A stretch of DNA of 64,000 bases from Chloroflexota bacterium (GTDB lineage: Bacteria > Chloroflexota > Anaerolineae > Aggregatilineales > Phototrophicaceae). Position 1 is the stretch's first letter. Each line of letters opens with the position of its first letter. The stretch spans positions 492-64,491 of the forward strand of contig WTGF01000121.1 of assembly GCA_011525385.1 (NCBI GenBank). Reading direction: 5' to 3'. The translations under genes were made by a program, and so were the position numbers. Of this stretch, positions 38,897 to 50,470 are shown one piece after another. A model generated the notes under the pieces. That model had not been told where the DNA came from and did no database searches. It saw only the letters and a program-made list of their open reading frames with translations.

Positions 38897-39652
38897 TCAA
38901 GCGATCAGAACGCGCAGGACTTGACTGTGCAGGGGACCGTTGGTGGCGATGACCCCATTGCCGGAAAGCGGCGGCCCGCCGTTCCAGGAGGTGATCTTGC
39001 CGCCGGCGCCCTCCATAATCGGGATCAAGGCGACGATGTCCCAAAGATGCATGATCGGATCCAGCATGATATCGGCATAACCGGTCGCCAGGAGGAAATA
39101 ACCGTGACAGTCGCCCCAGGTGCGATTGTACTTGGTTCTGCCCAGCAACTGTTGAAAAGCGATGCCGTTCTGGTGTTGGCCGACGTGGATAAAGTCGGTA
39201 TAGAGCATGACGGCTTCGCGCAGTTCCCGCGTCGGTCGTACCCGGACAATCTCGTCATTCAGGCGCGCTTCGTCGCCTGTGCCGATCAACAGATGCGAGG
39301 TCAAAGGATGATGTATGGCGCCGACGATCGGGTTCCCGTCTTTCATCAAGCCGATCAAGGTGCCGAACAAAAATGTGCCGCTGACGAAGGACCTGGTTCC
39401 GTCGATGGGATCGAGCACCCATTGGTACTCGGCATCCTCGTTGTGATTCCCAAATTCCTCGCCGATGATGCCGTGAGCCGGATATTCTTTCATGATCATC
39501 TCGCGCATGATCTCTTCGGCTTGTTTGTCGGCGATGGTCACCGGAGATTCGTCCGATTTAGTTTCCACAGCGATGTCGCTGCGAAAATAACGCATGATGA
39601 TATCGCCGCTGGCGCCCGCGAGCTCTTTGCTGAAGTCCACAAACTCTTGCAT
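38897..39652 (-). CDS. hisN: inositol monophosphatase family protein, probable histidinol-phosphatase
   Basis: IMPase motifs WVLDPIDGT and LWDIVALIPIMEGAGG. Starts 6 nt after the hisB stop on the same strand. Confidence 0.75.
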   Translation of the reverse strand: MQEFVDFSKELAGASGDIIMRYFRSDIAVETKSDESPVTIADKQAEEIMREMIMKEYPAHGIIGEEFGNHNEDAEYQWVLDPIDGTRSFVSGTFLFGTLIGLMKDGNPIVGAIHHPLTSHLLIGTGDEARLNDEIVRVRPTRELREAVMLYTDFIHVGQHQNGIAFQQLLGRTKYNRTWGDCHGYFLLATGYADIMLDPIMHLWDIVALIPIMEGAGGKITSWNGGPPLSGNGVIATNGPLHSQVLRVLIA

Positions 39653-39658
39653 GATATC

Positions 39659-40255
39659 TTACTCCGTGAGTGTGCCTTTGGTGCTGGGAACGCCCTGCCG
39701 CCCCGGATCGAGCGTCACGGCTTGGCGTAAAGCCCGTCCAAAAGCTTTGAAAAGCGCTTCCGCCTTGTGGTGATCGTTACGCCCGTAAAGGACTTCGGCA
39801 TGCAAGTTCATCTTGGCGTGTACCGCGATGGTTTCCAGCGTATGAGCGACCAGGTCGGTCGGCATCTTCCCCATGAGAGGCGTGCTGAAATCGGCATTGA
39901 TGACGGCATAGGGGCGTCCGCTCAAATCGACAACGACACGCGCCAAAGCCTCGTCCATCGGCACGTAGGCGCTGCCCATGCGCCGAATGCCGGTTCGCGA
40001 AGTCAATGCCTCGTCGATCGCCCGTCCCAGGCAGATTGCGATGTCCTCGACGCAATGGTGGCTGTCGATATGCAAGTCGCCCGTTGCGCTGATATGCAAA
40101 TCGAAAACGCCATGCAAGGCAATGTGGTGCAGCATATGGTCGTAAAAGCCGATGCCGGTGTCGATCTCGGCAACCCCGCTGCCATCGAGGTTGAGCGCCA
40201 ACTGGATCTGCGTTTCTTTTGTATTGCGCTCGATGCTTGCTTTTCGTTCGTTCAT
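39659..40255 (-). CDS. hisB: imidazoleglycerol-phosphate dehydratase
   Basis: 198 aa with the two His-rich metal motifs [11 protein letters not shown] and [14 protein letters not shown]. Confidence 0.93.
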   Translation of the reverse strand: MNERKASIERNTKETQIQLALNLDGSGVAEIDTGIGFYDHMLHHIALHGVFDLHISATGDLHIDSHHCVEDIAICLGRAIDEALTSRTGIRRMGSAYVPMDEALARVVVDLSGRPYAVINADFSTPLMGKMPTDLVAHTLETIAVHAKMNLHAEVLYGRNDHHKAEALFKAFGRALRQAVTLDPGRQGVPSTKGTLTE

Positions 40256-40428
40256 AGGCGCAATCCTCGCGGGATGAGTGACCTGGGAGTCATGAGCGCG
40301 AGCAATTTGTGACCATGTGAACGGCTCTCGTCCCCATTTCGCGCGCTTGCAGCAAAGATTAACACAAAGCTGAATAGAGAAAAGGGTACAAAGCCATGAG
40401 CGCCCGGCAGTGGAACGAGCCGCCGCGC

Positions 40429-41523
40429 CTATGATATCGTGAGTTGCGTCAAAAGCTGCAGCAGGCGGTCGACCTGCTGCGGCGTGCCCGCGCTGATGCG
40501 AATATGGTCTTCCAGGCGCGGCTTGTTGTAATAGCGCACGATGATGCCGGCCCCTGCCAGACGATCGCGGAACTCTTCAGCGGACATGCCGATGACGCGA
40601 TTCAGCACGAAGTTGGACTGGCTCGGATACGGCGACAGCATCGGCAATTCGGCGAAGGCGATTTCCATGCGAGTACGCTCTTTGACCAGTGTTTCGACCC
40701 GCGTCATCAAGAAGTCGACGTCTTGCAGCGAAACTTGGGCGGCGATATCGGCTGCCAAGTTGACATTATAGGGCTGCTTGATCTTCCAAAGCTGCGGCAT
40801 GAGCTCGCTCGGGAAGACGCCATAGCCGACGCGCAAGCCCGCCAGTCCCGCCCACTTGCTCATGGTCCGCAAGACGATGAGATTGGCTTCGTCACCGGCG
40901 CGGGTGACCAAACTTTCCCTCTCAGCGAACTCGATATAAGCTTCGTCGACCACGACGGTCAAAGGCAACTCGAGCAGGCGGTCAATGTCACCGGCCTCGA
41001 TCATGTCCCCGCTGGGATTGTTGGGCGAGCAGAGGAAGAGCAGTTTGGCGCGGTGCCGCCGCGCGGCAGCTTCGATCGCATCCACATCGAGCGAGAAATC
41101 CTCGCGGCGATAAACATCGACGACCCGACCGTGATAGAGCGGCGCGTCAAAGCCGTACATGGCGAAGGTCGGCGGCGTATTGATGACGACATCGCCCGGC
41201 TCGATGAAGAGCTGCAAGATGATCTCGATCAGTTCATCAGCGCCGGCGCCGCAAAGAATCCGCTCCATGGGAACGCCGATGTATGCCGCCAACAACTCGC
41301 GCAGACGACCCGATTCGGGATCGGGATAAACATTCATATGCTGCAGATTCGCCAGCGCTTCCTTGACCCGCGGCGACGGACCAAAGGGGTTCTCGTTGGC
41401 GTCCAGCTTGATTAAGTCGCGGACGTCCATGCCCAGTCGCTCGGCAAAAACATCGAGTGATGTGGTCGGCGTATATGCGCTCATGGACTCGACATCGCGG
41501 CGGATGCGTACTTTTTCGCTCAT
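40429..41523 (-). CDS. hisC: histidinol-phosphate aminotransferase
   Basis: Class II aminotransferase with PLP-lysine context [14 protein letters not shown]. Its start overlaps the hisD stop by 4 nt. Confidence 0.92.
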   Translation of the reverse strand: MSEKVRIRRDVESMSAYTPTTSLDVFAERLGMDVRDLIKLDANENPFGPSPRVKEALANLQHMNVYPDPESGRLRELLAAYIGVPMERILCGAGADELIEIILQLFIEPGDVVINTPPTFAMYGFDAPLYHGRVVDVYRREDFSLDVDAIEAAARRHRAKLLFLCSPNNPSGDMIEAGDIDRLLELPLTVVVDEAYIEFAERESLVTRAGDEANLIVLRTMSKWAGLAGLRVGYGVFPSELMPQLWKIKQPYNVNLAADIAAQVSLQDVDFLMTRVETLVKERTRMEIAFAELPMLSPYPSQSNFVLNRVIGMSAEEFRDRLAGAGIIVRYYNKPRLEDHIRISAGTPQQVDRLLQLLTQLTIS

Positions 41524-42875
41524 GGCGCGTCCATCTCTCGCCGGAGCTTTGCCGCCGCTGCATGTGCTGTCAGTCCTTCGGCCTTTGCCAGGTTCTCGGC
41601 CGATCGACCAAGCGCCAGCGCGCTGGATTTATCGAGCGCGATCAGACTGGTCACTTTGACGAAGTGCAGCAGATTCAAGGGCGAGGCGAAACGAGCCGTG
41701 CCGCCAGTTGGCATGACATGACTAGGCCCGGCAACATAGTCCCCCAGCACTTCGTATGAGTGTTCGCCGAGAAAGACGCCGCCCGCGTTACGCACTTTGC
41801 CGATCCAGGACCAGGGATCGTCGACGAGCAGACAAAGATGCTCGGCGGCATAGTCATTCGCCAGTTCAAATGCCTCGTCCAGATCGGCGGTGACGACGGC
41901 GCCGCTGCGGTTGCGCATCGCCCCAAAGACGATATCTTGTCTTTCCAGCGCCGCAACCTGTTTTGAAATCTCTTTCCGTACCGCCTTGGCCAAGGCCAGG
42001 CTCGGTGTCAACAAAATCGCCGAAGCCAGCTCATCGTGTTCTGCCTGCGCCAAGAGATCCGCCGCCGCCAGCCTAGGATCAGCGCCTTCATCAGCGATGA
42101 CCAGCGTCTCGGTCGGTCCCAGCAAGCCATCAATGCCGACATCGCCGTAGACTTGCTGCTTGGCAAGCGTGACAAAGAGGTTGCCCGCGCCGACGATCGT
42201 GGCAACGCGCGGGACTGTCTCGCTGCCATAAGCCATGGCGGCGATCGCTTGAGCGCCGCCGATACGGTAGAGCTTCTCCACACCGGCGATTGCCGCCGCC
42301 GCCAGGATCGCCGGATGGATGTCGCCCGCGCCGCTGCCGGGCGGCGTACAGACGACGATCTCCGGCACCCCTGCTACCTGGGCGGGGATGACGCTCATCA
42401 GCAGCGAAGATGGCAACGGCGCCGTTCCGCCAGGCACGTACACACCGACCGAATCGACCGGCCGGATCAGTTGGCCCAGCGACCCCTCTTCCCCGGCATC
42501 AATCCAACTGCCGATCGGCTGCTTCTCGTGAAAGCTTCGTATCCGTTCTGCGGCCTGTGTCAGCGCGCTGCGCAGTTCCGGCGCGATCGCGCGCAGGGCC
42601 TCATTCATTTCGTCCGGCGACACCTCCAGACGATCGGGGCTGATGTTGTCGATCTTGCGGTTCCACTCGCTGATTGCCCCATCGCCACGCTCGCGGACGC
42701 CCCGAATAATGCGGCGAACCGCTTCCTCGGGCATGATCCGCTCGCCAAAGATCGAGACCGAGCGCTCAATGAGCGCCTCGGGCACGTCGGTGTCGCGCAG
42801 AGAATGCCGTTTCAGGATGCTGCGCTTTGCCGCCCCCACATCGGTGAAGATACGCCAGGTAGCGTCGCCGCTCAT
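41520..42875 (-). CDS. hisD: histidinol dehydrogenase
   Basis: 451 aa with a QAEHD block and the HisD-like C-terminal region GGTARFASPL. Confidence 0.92.
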   Translation of the reverse strand: MSGDATWRIFTDVGAAKRSILKRHSLRDTDVPEALIERSVSIFGERIMPEEAVRRIIRGVRERGDGAISEWNRKIDNISPDRLEVSPDEMNEALRAIAPELRSALTQAAERIRSFHEKQPIGSWIDAGEEGSLGQLIRPVDSVGVYVPGGTAPLPSSLLMSVIPAQVAGVPEIVVCTPPGSGAGDIHPAILAAAAIAGVEKLYRIGGAQAIAAMAYGSETVPRVATIVGAGNLFVTLAKQQVYGDVGIDGLLGPTETLVIADEGADPRLAAADLLAQAEHDELASAILLTPSLALAKAVRKEISKQVAALERQDIVFGAMRNRSGAVVTADLDEAFELANDYAAEHLCLLVDDPWSWIGKVRNAGGVFLGEHSYEVLGDYVAGPSHVMPTGGTARFASPLNLLHFVKVTSLIALDKSSALALGRSAENLAKAEGLTAHAAAAKLRREMDAP

Positions 42876-43017
42876 GAAAGTTCCTTTGTTTGAGAACGCG
42901 AATGAAGGACGATTTTATCAGGTCGGTCGGGATTCTCAACGGCTAAGCAGGACGCCGGCAGGGCAGTCGCGTCAGAAGCATTATGAGCCGTTCGCCAAGA
43001 AAATTACGAAAATGAAT

Positions 43018-43037
43018 GGGCGACACTGTGGTCGCCC
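43018..43037 (-). terminator. GGGCGAC-family hairpin followed by a T-rich tract on the minus strand
   Basis: GGGCGAC-ACTGTG-GTCGCCC. On the minus strand it is followed by ATTCATTTTCGTAATTT. Lies between the 78-aa ORF and hisD. Confidence 0.45.
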
Positions 43038-43221
43038 ATCTACATGACTAAATTTTGGAAATTAGTGTGTAAAGCGCCAAGATAGGGTCTAGCTCTACCA
43101 AGTTATAGTCTTGCTTGGAGTATCGGACCGAATACCGAGAAACATCTTCGCAAGCGACGTTTTCTGGTTTGTCATCTATATGCAAAACCAGCTTCTGCGT
43201 CCGACCACTTGGCGCTAGGAC

Positions 43222-43458
43222 TTACCCTGATTCATCGTCAAAGACTTTTTGATAGTCTTGTCTGAGGTTGCGAACCTCGGCAAGTAGTTCACTATAGTGA
43301 TTGCTATAGTAAGTTTCTAGCTCTGTCATGTGGTCAGTAAACCGCTTGTCCATCTTTTGCTCAAAAGCGATAAATCGAGAATCCAACCCACGCATCACGG
43401 CAGACGTAACTGCCTGAGCTATACGGTTTTCATCTAATGAGAGATTGGGTGATTGCAT
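43222..43458 (-). CDS. small hypothetical protein (78 aa, helical/coiled-coil-like)
   Basis: ATG-initiated ORF in an AT-rich patch. No family recognised. Confidence 0.35.
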   Translation of the reverse strand: MQSPNLSLDENRIAQAVTSAVMRGLDSRFIAFEQKMDKRFTDHMTELETYYSNHYSELLAEVRNLRQDYQKVFDDESG

Positions 43459-43659
43459 CGGCTTTACTCTCCGCTTTGGACTTCCTCATTGATGCAAGGC
43501 AGGACATTACTTGCATGTATCCTAGCACATATGTATTAGAGAATCAAGCGGTATCCGCATTTTTTGCATGACTAACTTGGAATTGCCAAGGCGTCCGAAT
43601 GACGGTGCTTGCGCTATAATCGCAGGTGTTGGGCTGGACAATGGAATAGCGGTGGCAGC

Positions 43660-45174
43660 GTGGATGCATACGCGGGTCTGAAGTTGTATTACGGCGATAT
43701 CCACAACCACTGCGCCTTGAGTTACGGCAAAGGCACGCTGGCGGAGGCCCTGCACAATGCCCGCTTGCAACTGGATTTCGTCAGTGTCACATTGCACGGG
43801 CACTGGGACGATATGCCCAGGGGCGATCCGCGCCTCGACTATCTGGTCGATTATCATCAACGCGGTTTCGAACGCGCCGGCGCCGCTTGGAGCGATTATC
43901 TCAGGGCGATGGAAGCGGCGAACAGCGACGGCCAGTTCGTCGCCTTCCCCAGCTTCGAATGGCATTCAATGCGCTATGGCGATCACTGCGTCTATTTCCG
44001 TGATATTGCCACGCCGGAGATCTTTCACGCCGCGCATCTCGAAGAGTTGCGCGCGCGCCTGCGGCGGCATCCACATCCCAGCCTGCTGATCCCCCATCAT
44101 ATCGGATACAGGCAGGGCTTCCGCGGCATCAATTGGAGCAGCTTCAGTAGCGAGCTGTCTCCGGTCGTGGAAATCATGTCCTTCCACGGCGCATCGGAAT
44201 CGACTGATGCGGAGCCAGCCTATCTGCATGCCATGGGTCCGCGTGACCAAAGAAGCACCGTACAGTACGGACTTGAACTCGGGCACATATTCGGCTTCAT
44301 CGGATCGACCGACGATCACAGCGCGCACCCGGGAAACTATGGTTATGGGCTGGCGGCGGTATGGGCGGAGGACCTAAGTCGCGAAGCCATTTGGGAGGCC
44401 ATCTGTCGCCGGCGAACCTATGCCCTCACCGGGGACCGCATCGGGCTGCAATTCGCGCTCAACGGCTCGCCCATGGGCACGGTCTTGCCTTACAGCTATG
44501 AACGCAAGATCGAGGTAGCGGTAGACGCCTCCTCAACGATAGACACGATTGATATCCTGCGCAACAACCGCGTAATTCATCGGGAAGCGATCTCGCCCGG
44601 AATCTATGACGGAACCGGTCCATGCAAGCTGCGGCTGGAATTGGGCTGGGGTGAGCTCGAGTCATTGACCGATTGGGACCTGGAACTGTCTGTAGAAGGC
44701 GGCGAACTACTGGAAGTCGAGCCGCATCTGCGCGGCAAGGATATCGCCATGCCAGACCTCGAAGACGGCGATTCTTGCGTTTGGAGTCATCTCTTTGTCA
44801 AAGAGGATGGTACGCTGAGGCTACTTACACGCAGTCCTCGCAATGCCACCGTGCGCAGCGCGGCCATGCAAGCTGTGACCCTGCATATTGACGGTGGATT
44901 AAACGCGGAAATACATGCTAGAATCAACGGCGTTTCCGTGGCGCTCCCGCTGGCGAAATTGACGCGTGGAGGGCGGTCGTTCCATACTGGCAGCTTTGTT
45001 GCGCCCGCTTTTGTTTTTCATCAGGCAGTGCCGCGACAAGACTGCCAGCGACTGGTCGCCCTGGCGCATGAGTCGGACGGGACCTCCCGCGACTGGTATT
45101 ATGCGCGTGTGCGCCAGCGCAACGGTCAGTGGGCTTGGAGTTCGCCGATCTGGGTTGATCGCGCTGCCCTATGA
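43660..45174 (+). CDS. metal-dependent phosphoesterase-like protein (PHP / DUF3604-like HxH motif)
   Basis: N-terminal YYGDIHNHCALSYG ... VTLHGHW His cluster. The track start TTG 43609 lies upstream of a TATAAT hexamer (43615-43620), so GTG 43660 is preferred. Start uncertain; family call tentative. Confidence 0.6.
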   Translation: MDAYAGLKLYYGDIHNHCALSYGKGTLAEALHNARLQLDFVSVTLHGHWDDMPRGDPRLDYLVDYHQRGFERAGAAWSDYLRAMEAANSDGQFVAFPSFEWHSMRYGDHCVYFRDIATPEIFHAAHLEELRARLRRHPHPSLLIPHHIGYRQGFRGINWSSFSSELSPVVEIMSFHGASESTDAEPAYLHAMGPRDQRSTVQYGLELGHIFGFIGSTDDHSAHPGNYGYGLAAVWAEDLSREAIWEAICRRRTYALTGDRIGLQFALNGSPMGTVLPYSYERKIEVAVDASSTIDTIDILRNNRVIHREAISPGIYDGTGPCKLRLELGWGELESLTDWDLELSVEGGELLEVEPHLRGKDIAMPDLEDGDSCVWSHLFVKEDGTLRLLTRSPRNATVRSAAMQAVTLHIDGGLNAEIHARINGVSVALPLAKLTRGGRSFHTGSFVAPAFVFHQAVPRQDCQRLVALAHESDGTSRDWYYARVRQRNGQWAWSSPIWVDRAAL

Positions 45175-45306
45175 TAGTGGAAGGCGCTCCCTCGGTTTTC
45201 ATCCGAATGGAGATGTTCATCGTTAAATAACAAAGTAGAAAGGATGACAGCGCTGGAAGGCCTTCATTTTCGTCCGATTTGACGCTTTCAATGAAAGGAA
45301 CTAGCA

Positions 45307-46593
45307 ATGCGTAAACTCATTCTGCTCCTGTTCGTGTTTGTTCTTGCCATTCCGGCTGGTGTGGCATTGGCGGACATGCACGACTTCGACTGTGGGACCG
45401 ACGAAGAAGTGACCATTAAGTTCTTCGGCGACCCAGTCGGCAGTCATCCCGTTGGAGAAGACAACATCATCTCCGCTTTTAAAGAAGTCTGCCCCAATAT
45501 CACGGTCGAGCGTAACGAAGGCGCCGCCAACGTCACCGACCTGATCGCCTTCTACCTCACCGCTTTCGAGGCGGAAAGCAGCGACCTTGATGTCATTCGC
45601 GTGGATGTCATTTGGCCCGGCCAGCTGGCGGAGCACCTGATCGACTTGAGCGAGATCGCGCCGCAATCCCATATTGACGCCCAATTGCCGGCGCTGATCC
45701 AAAACGATACGGTTGACGGCCGCTTGGTGGCTCTGCCGATGCGAATCGGTTTCGGCATGCTCTACTATCGCACTGACTTGCTGGAGAAATACGGCTACGA
45801 CGCCCCGCCCGCCACCTGGGACGAGTTGGAAGAAATGGCTGCAGCAATCCAAGCCGGCGAACGCGCCGAAGGCAACGATGAATTCTGGGGATTTGTCTGG
45901 CAAGGCAATGCCTACGAAGGCTTGACCTGCGACGCCCTGGAATGGCACGTCTCCGCCACTGGCGAGAACTTCCTGCAGAGCGACGGCACCATCAGCGCCC
46001 TCAGCGACGCTGCTGTCGAAATGTATGAACAAGCCGCCAGCTGGGTCGGCACGATCAGCCCGCCTGGCGTCGTCGGCTATCAGGAAGAAGATTCCCGCGC
46101 CGTCTGGCATGCCGGCAACGCCGCTTTCATGCGCAACTGGCCCTATGCCTATGTTCTCAGCGGACAAAGCGAAGACATCCCCGGCTTTGATGTGGCGCCC
46201 CTGCCCGCTGGTGATTCCGGCCATGGCGCCTCCACCCTCGGCGGCTGGCATATCGGCGTCTCCAAATATTCCGATAATCCGGAAGCGGCGTCAGCTTTCG
46301 CCATCTTCTTCACCAGCGTCGCCAGCCAAAAGGGCTACGCCCTTGATACCACGTCGCCACCGGCTGCCCTCGAGCTTTATGCCGATCCCGATGTTCAGGC
46401 GGCTATGCCTTTCGCCAGCCCCGACCTGGTCGAAATCACCTCCGCGCGGCCTTCGACTTTCTCGAAGGATCGCTATAACGCCGTATCCACGCTCTACTTC
46501 AACGCCATCCATTCCATTCTCACTGGGGAAGAAGACGCTGAGGTAGCGCTGGAACTGCTCGAATTGGATTTGGCCGATCTCTTGGGTCAATAA
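45307..46593 (+). CDS. ABC transporter sugar-binding protein (family 1)
   Basis: Signal peptide MRKLILLLFVFVLAIPAGVALA. AAGGA upstream. Followed by two permease genes. Confidence 0.88.
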   Translation: MRKLILLLFVFVLAIPAGVALADMHDFDCGTDEEVTIKFFGDPVGSHPVGEDNIISAFKEVCPNITVERNEGAANVTDLIAFYLTAFEAESSDLDVIRVDVIWPGQLAEHLIDLSEIAPQSHIDAQLPALIQNDTVDGRLVALPMRIGFGMLYYRTDLLEKYGYDAPPATWDELEEMAAAIQAGERAEGNDEFWGFVWQGNAYEGLTCDALEWHVSATGENFLQSDGTISALSDAAVEMYEQAASWVGTISPPGVVGYQEEDSRAVWHAGNAAFMRNWPYAYVLSGQSEDIPGFDVAPLPAGDSGHGASTLGGWHIGVSKYSDNPEAASAFAIFFTSVASQKGYALDTTSPPAALELYADPDVQAAMPFASPDLVEITSARPSTFSKDRYNAVSTLYFNAIHSILTGEEDAEVALELLELDLADLLGQ

Positions 46594-46615
46594 GGCTAGC
46601 TTGAGTCTATTCCGC

Positions 46616-46641
46616 GAGGGTCCCGTAGCTACGGGACCCTC
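46616..46641 (+). terminator. Perfect 26-bp palindrome between binding-protein and permease genes (attenuator or stabiliser hairpin)
   Basis: GAGGGTCCCGTAGCTACGGGACCCTC read directly. Lies 23 nt after the stop at 46593. No strong U-tract. Confidence 0.45.
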
Positions 46642-46670
46642 CCTTCCCTTCAGCGTTTATTGGAATTGCA

Positions 46671-48227
46671 ATGCGCTACGCTGCAGATCCCGCTCGGAAC
46701 AAATTACAGATTTCTGCTGTCAGCGTCATCATGATCGTGATTGGCGCGCTGGCAATCATTTTTTTTATTCTGACAGTCGCCAACGATGAAGCCATTCAAC
46801 TGGCATTGAATTGGACGCCATCGGAGGAAGACCCGCAAGCGCCGTCAGTCTTGCTCATTTATCTTGAACGCTTTGGCATCATCGTCTCGGCGCTCTTCGT
46901 GTTTTTGGGCGCCGCCTTCATGGCGATCGGTCTGCGGCTGCGGGGCGGTAATATCCGCATCGCCTATTGGGCGCGCATTGCAATCTTGTGGCTGGCCATG
47001 GGACTTGTCGCCTATATCGCGCTCACCGTCTTCAACTTCGTCAACAGCGCCGCGATGGACCGGGAAGCGGTTGATCTGGCTGGCATGAGCGCTGCCGTCG
47101 CGCCGGCAGCTATTGTCGCGCTCATCGCTTTCGCGCTCTGGTATTGGTTCAATAAGAACATAGACCGTCTGTTCAGCGGCGATGACTCCCTGCTCGGCCG
47201 CGAAACGCGCCTGGCCTGGAACATGCTCATCCCCACGCTGACCATTTTCGTCCTGGTCGCCGCGCGCCCGCTCGAGCAAACTTTCATCCGCAGCTTGACC
47301 GACAAGCGCTTCGCCGGCAGCGAGGTCCCGCAATTCGTCGGCTTGGAGAATTATCTCAACCTGCTGACCTTCCGCATTGATACCGTAGCTTGCAAGAAGA
47401 GCGTCACTGACGGTCCTTGCGATACCCGGGCCAATGGCAGCATTCGCTGGGAATCGATCGACCGCGAATTGCTCCGCGCCGGCTATCGGACCATTGTCAA
47501 CATACCCGTCGGCGGCGATCAATCGGCGGCGGTCAGCGGCCTGGACGACGACTTCATCGAGGCAATTATCACAACCGTCATCTTCACTGTCATTTCCGTC
47601 GCGCTGGAATTGCTCATCGGCCTATTCATGGCGGTGATCGTCAATTCCAAGTTCCGCGGACGCGGCGCTATGCGCGCCGTCATGCTAGTGCCCTGGGCGA
47701 TCCCGACGGTGATCTCGGCGCGCCTCTGGGAGCTGATGCTCAAAGACACCAGCGCCGGCATCTTCAACAAGATTCTGCTGGACCTGAACGCCATTGAAGC
47801 GCCCCTGGCCTGGCTCTCCGATCCATCATTGCAGATTCCCACCGCCATCATCGTGGATGTCTGGAAGACGGCGCCCTTCATGGCGCTGCTCCTCCTCGCC
47901 GGCTTGCAAGTGATACCGGGCGACCTCTACGAAGCCGCTTCGGTCGACGGCGCCAATCCGATACGCCGCTTTTTCTCGATCACGCTGCCCCTCTTGCGTC
48001 CCGCCATCGCCATCGCCCTCATCTTTCGCACGCTGGACGCCTTGCGCGTCTTCGACCTCTTCAATGTGCTATTCGGACGGCAGCAGCTTTCTATGGCGAC
48101 ATACAACTTCGAAACGCTTGTCAGCAATCAGCAGGATGGCTATGCATCAGCTATCAGCGTGATTATTTTCATCTTCATCTCGGTCTTCGCCTTCATTTAC
48201 GTGCGCCTGCTGAATGTGGAGTCCTGA
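46671..48227 (+). CDS. ABC sugar transporter permease (MalF-like) with long N-terminal membrane extension
   Basis: 518 aa. C-terminal core with EAA-type loop YEAASVDGANPIRRFFSITLP. About 170 extra N-terminal residues with several helices. Confidence 0.88.
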   Translation: MRYAADPARNKLQISAVSVIMIVIGALAIIFFILTVANDEAIQLALNWTPSEEDPQAPSVLLIYLERFGIIVSALFVFLGAAFMAIGLRLRGGNIRIAYWARIAILWLAMGLVAYIALTVFNFVNSAAMDREAVDLAGMSAAVAPAAIVALIAFALWYWFNKNIDRLFSGDDSLLGRETRLAWNMLIPTLTIFVLVAARPLEQTFIRSLTDKRFAGSEVPQFVGLENYLNLLTFRIDTVACKKSVTDGPCDTRANGSIRWESIDRELLRAGYRTIVNIPVGGDQSAAVSGLDDDFIEAIITTVIFTVISVALELLIGLFMAVIVNSKFRGRGAMRAVMLVPWAIPTVISARLWELMLKDTSAGIFNKILLDLNAIEAPLAWLSDPSLQIPTAIIVDVWKTAPFMALLLLAGLQVIPGDLYEAASVDGANPIRRFFSITLPLLRPAIAIALIFRTLDALRVFDLFNVLFGRQQLSMATYNFETLVSNQQDGYASAISVIIFIFISVFAFIYVRLLNVES

Positions 48228-48228
48228 T

Positions 48229-49116
48229 ATGGTTCAGAAAACTCCAAGCGTCAACAGGATCTTCGGCATGACGCCTAAAGAATTAAAAGGACGCCTGCAA
48301 CAGGCGCTGCTCTACGCCCTGGTGATCGTCGTCGCGGTTTATGCCCTCTTCCCTTTCTATTGGGCATTTGCCACCTCCTTCAAAACCGAGAACGAGATGT
48401 TCCAAACCGCCAGTTACCTGCCGCGGAATCCCACCTTGCAGAACTACCAATACGTCTTTCGAGGCGGCTCCTTCCTGCTCGCGCTGCGCAATTCAGCGCT
48501 CGTCTCGTCGGCGGCATCGATATTCGCTTTGGTCGCGGGCTCCTTCGCCGCCTATGCCCTGGGCCGGCTGCGCTTCCGCGGGCGCGTCGTCCTGCTCTAC
48601 GTCGTCCTCTCCATGACCATGTTCCCGGCCATCTCGATCTTGTCGGGCTTGTATACCATCGTTCGCCAGCTAGGTTTCTTCGGCACCGGCTTGTCCCTGC
48701 TGGTTACCTATCCCGTTTTTACCTTGCCTTTTACCGTCTGGGTCTTGACCAGCTTCTTCAAGGGCTTGCCCGCCGAGATCGAACAAGCGGCCACGGTCGA
48801 TGGCTGCACGCCCTTCCAGACCTTCCGCCTCATCTTGCTGCCGCTGACCGCCCCTGCCCTCGTCACTACCGGCTTGCTGGCTTTTGTACAATCCTGGAAT
48901 GAATACTTGTTCGCTCTTAACTTCACTGCCACGAATCCTTCTGCGCAAACCGTGCCAGTGGCGCTCGCCTTATTCTCGGGCGAATTCTCCGAGCAAGAAC
49001 CCATCGCCGAGATCATGGCGGCGGCCATGGTCGTCACCATTCCCTTGGTCGCGCTAGTCTTGATTTTCCAAAACCGCATCGTGGAAGGCTTGACGGCGGG
49101 GGCTGTCAAGGGATAG
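48229..49116 (+). CDS. ABC sugar transporter permease (MalG-like)
   Basis: EAA-type loop EIEQAATVDGCTPFQTFRLILLP. ATG 48229 lies directly after the upstream stop, with GGAG 7 nt upstream. Confidence 0.9.
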   Translation: MVQKTPSVNRIFGMTPKELKGRLQQALLYALVIVVAVYALFPFYWAFATSFKTENEMFQTASYLPRNPTLQNYQYVFRGGSFLLALRNSALVSSAASIFALVAGSFAAYALGRLRFRGRVVLLYVVLSMTMFPAISILSGLYTIVRQLGFFGTGLSLLVTYPVFTLPFTVWVLTSFFKGLPAEIEQAATVDGCTPFQTFRLILLPLTAPALVTTGLLAFVQSWNEYLFALNFTATNPSAQTVPVALALFSGEFSEQEPIAEIMAAAMVVTIPLVALVLIFQNRIVEGLTAGAVKG

Positions 49117-49171
49117 GCGCCTCAGCCCCATCCTCGGCTCCAGGACTTTCCCGACTCGTCCGAAAGGCGCG

Positions 49172-50317
<1,146 letters not shown>

Positions 50318-50470
50318 GATCTGTCCGAACCTAGTTGATGCCAATAGACGAAATTGTAACGCATCAGTCCCTTCTCGGTGAAGTGAAAGTGCCCATTTGG
50401 CTTGGGTATACTCGCGTGAATACCCGGCGCCAGAAAGTAGCTGAATTCTGTGGATATTGCGCTCCTTATA

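Noticed and set aside
40256-40428. 173-nt gap between hisC and hisB examined for a leader, T-box or small RNA
   Set aside because: I found only a weak CACAAAG-like fragment and a short direct repeat (GCGCTCATG), with no convincing structure.
45301-46251. 316-aa minus-strand ORF opposite the sugar-binding protein gene
   Set aside because: It is a shadow ORF. The plus-strand product has a signal peptide and a binding-protein-like sequence.
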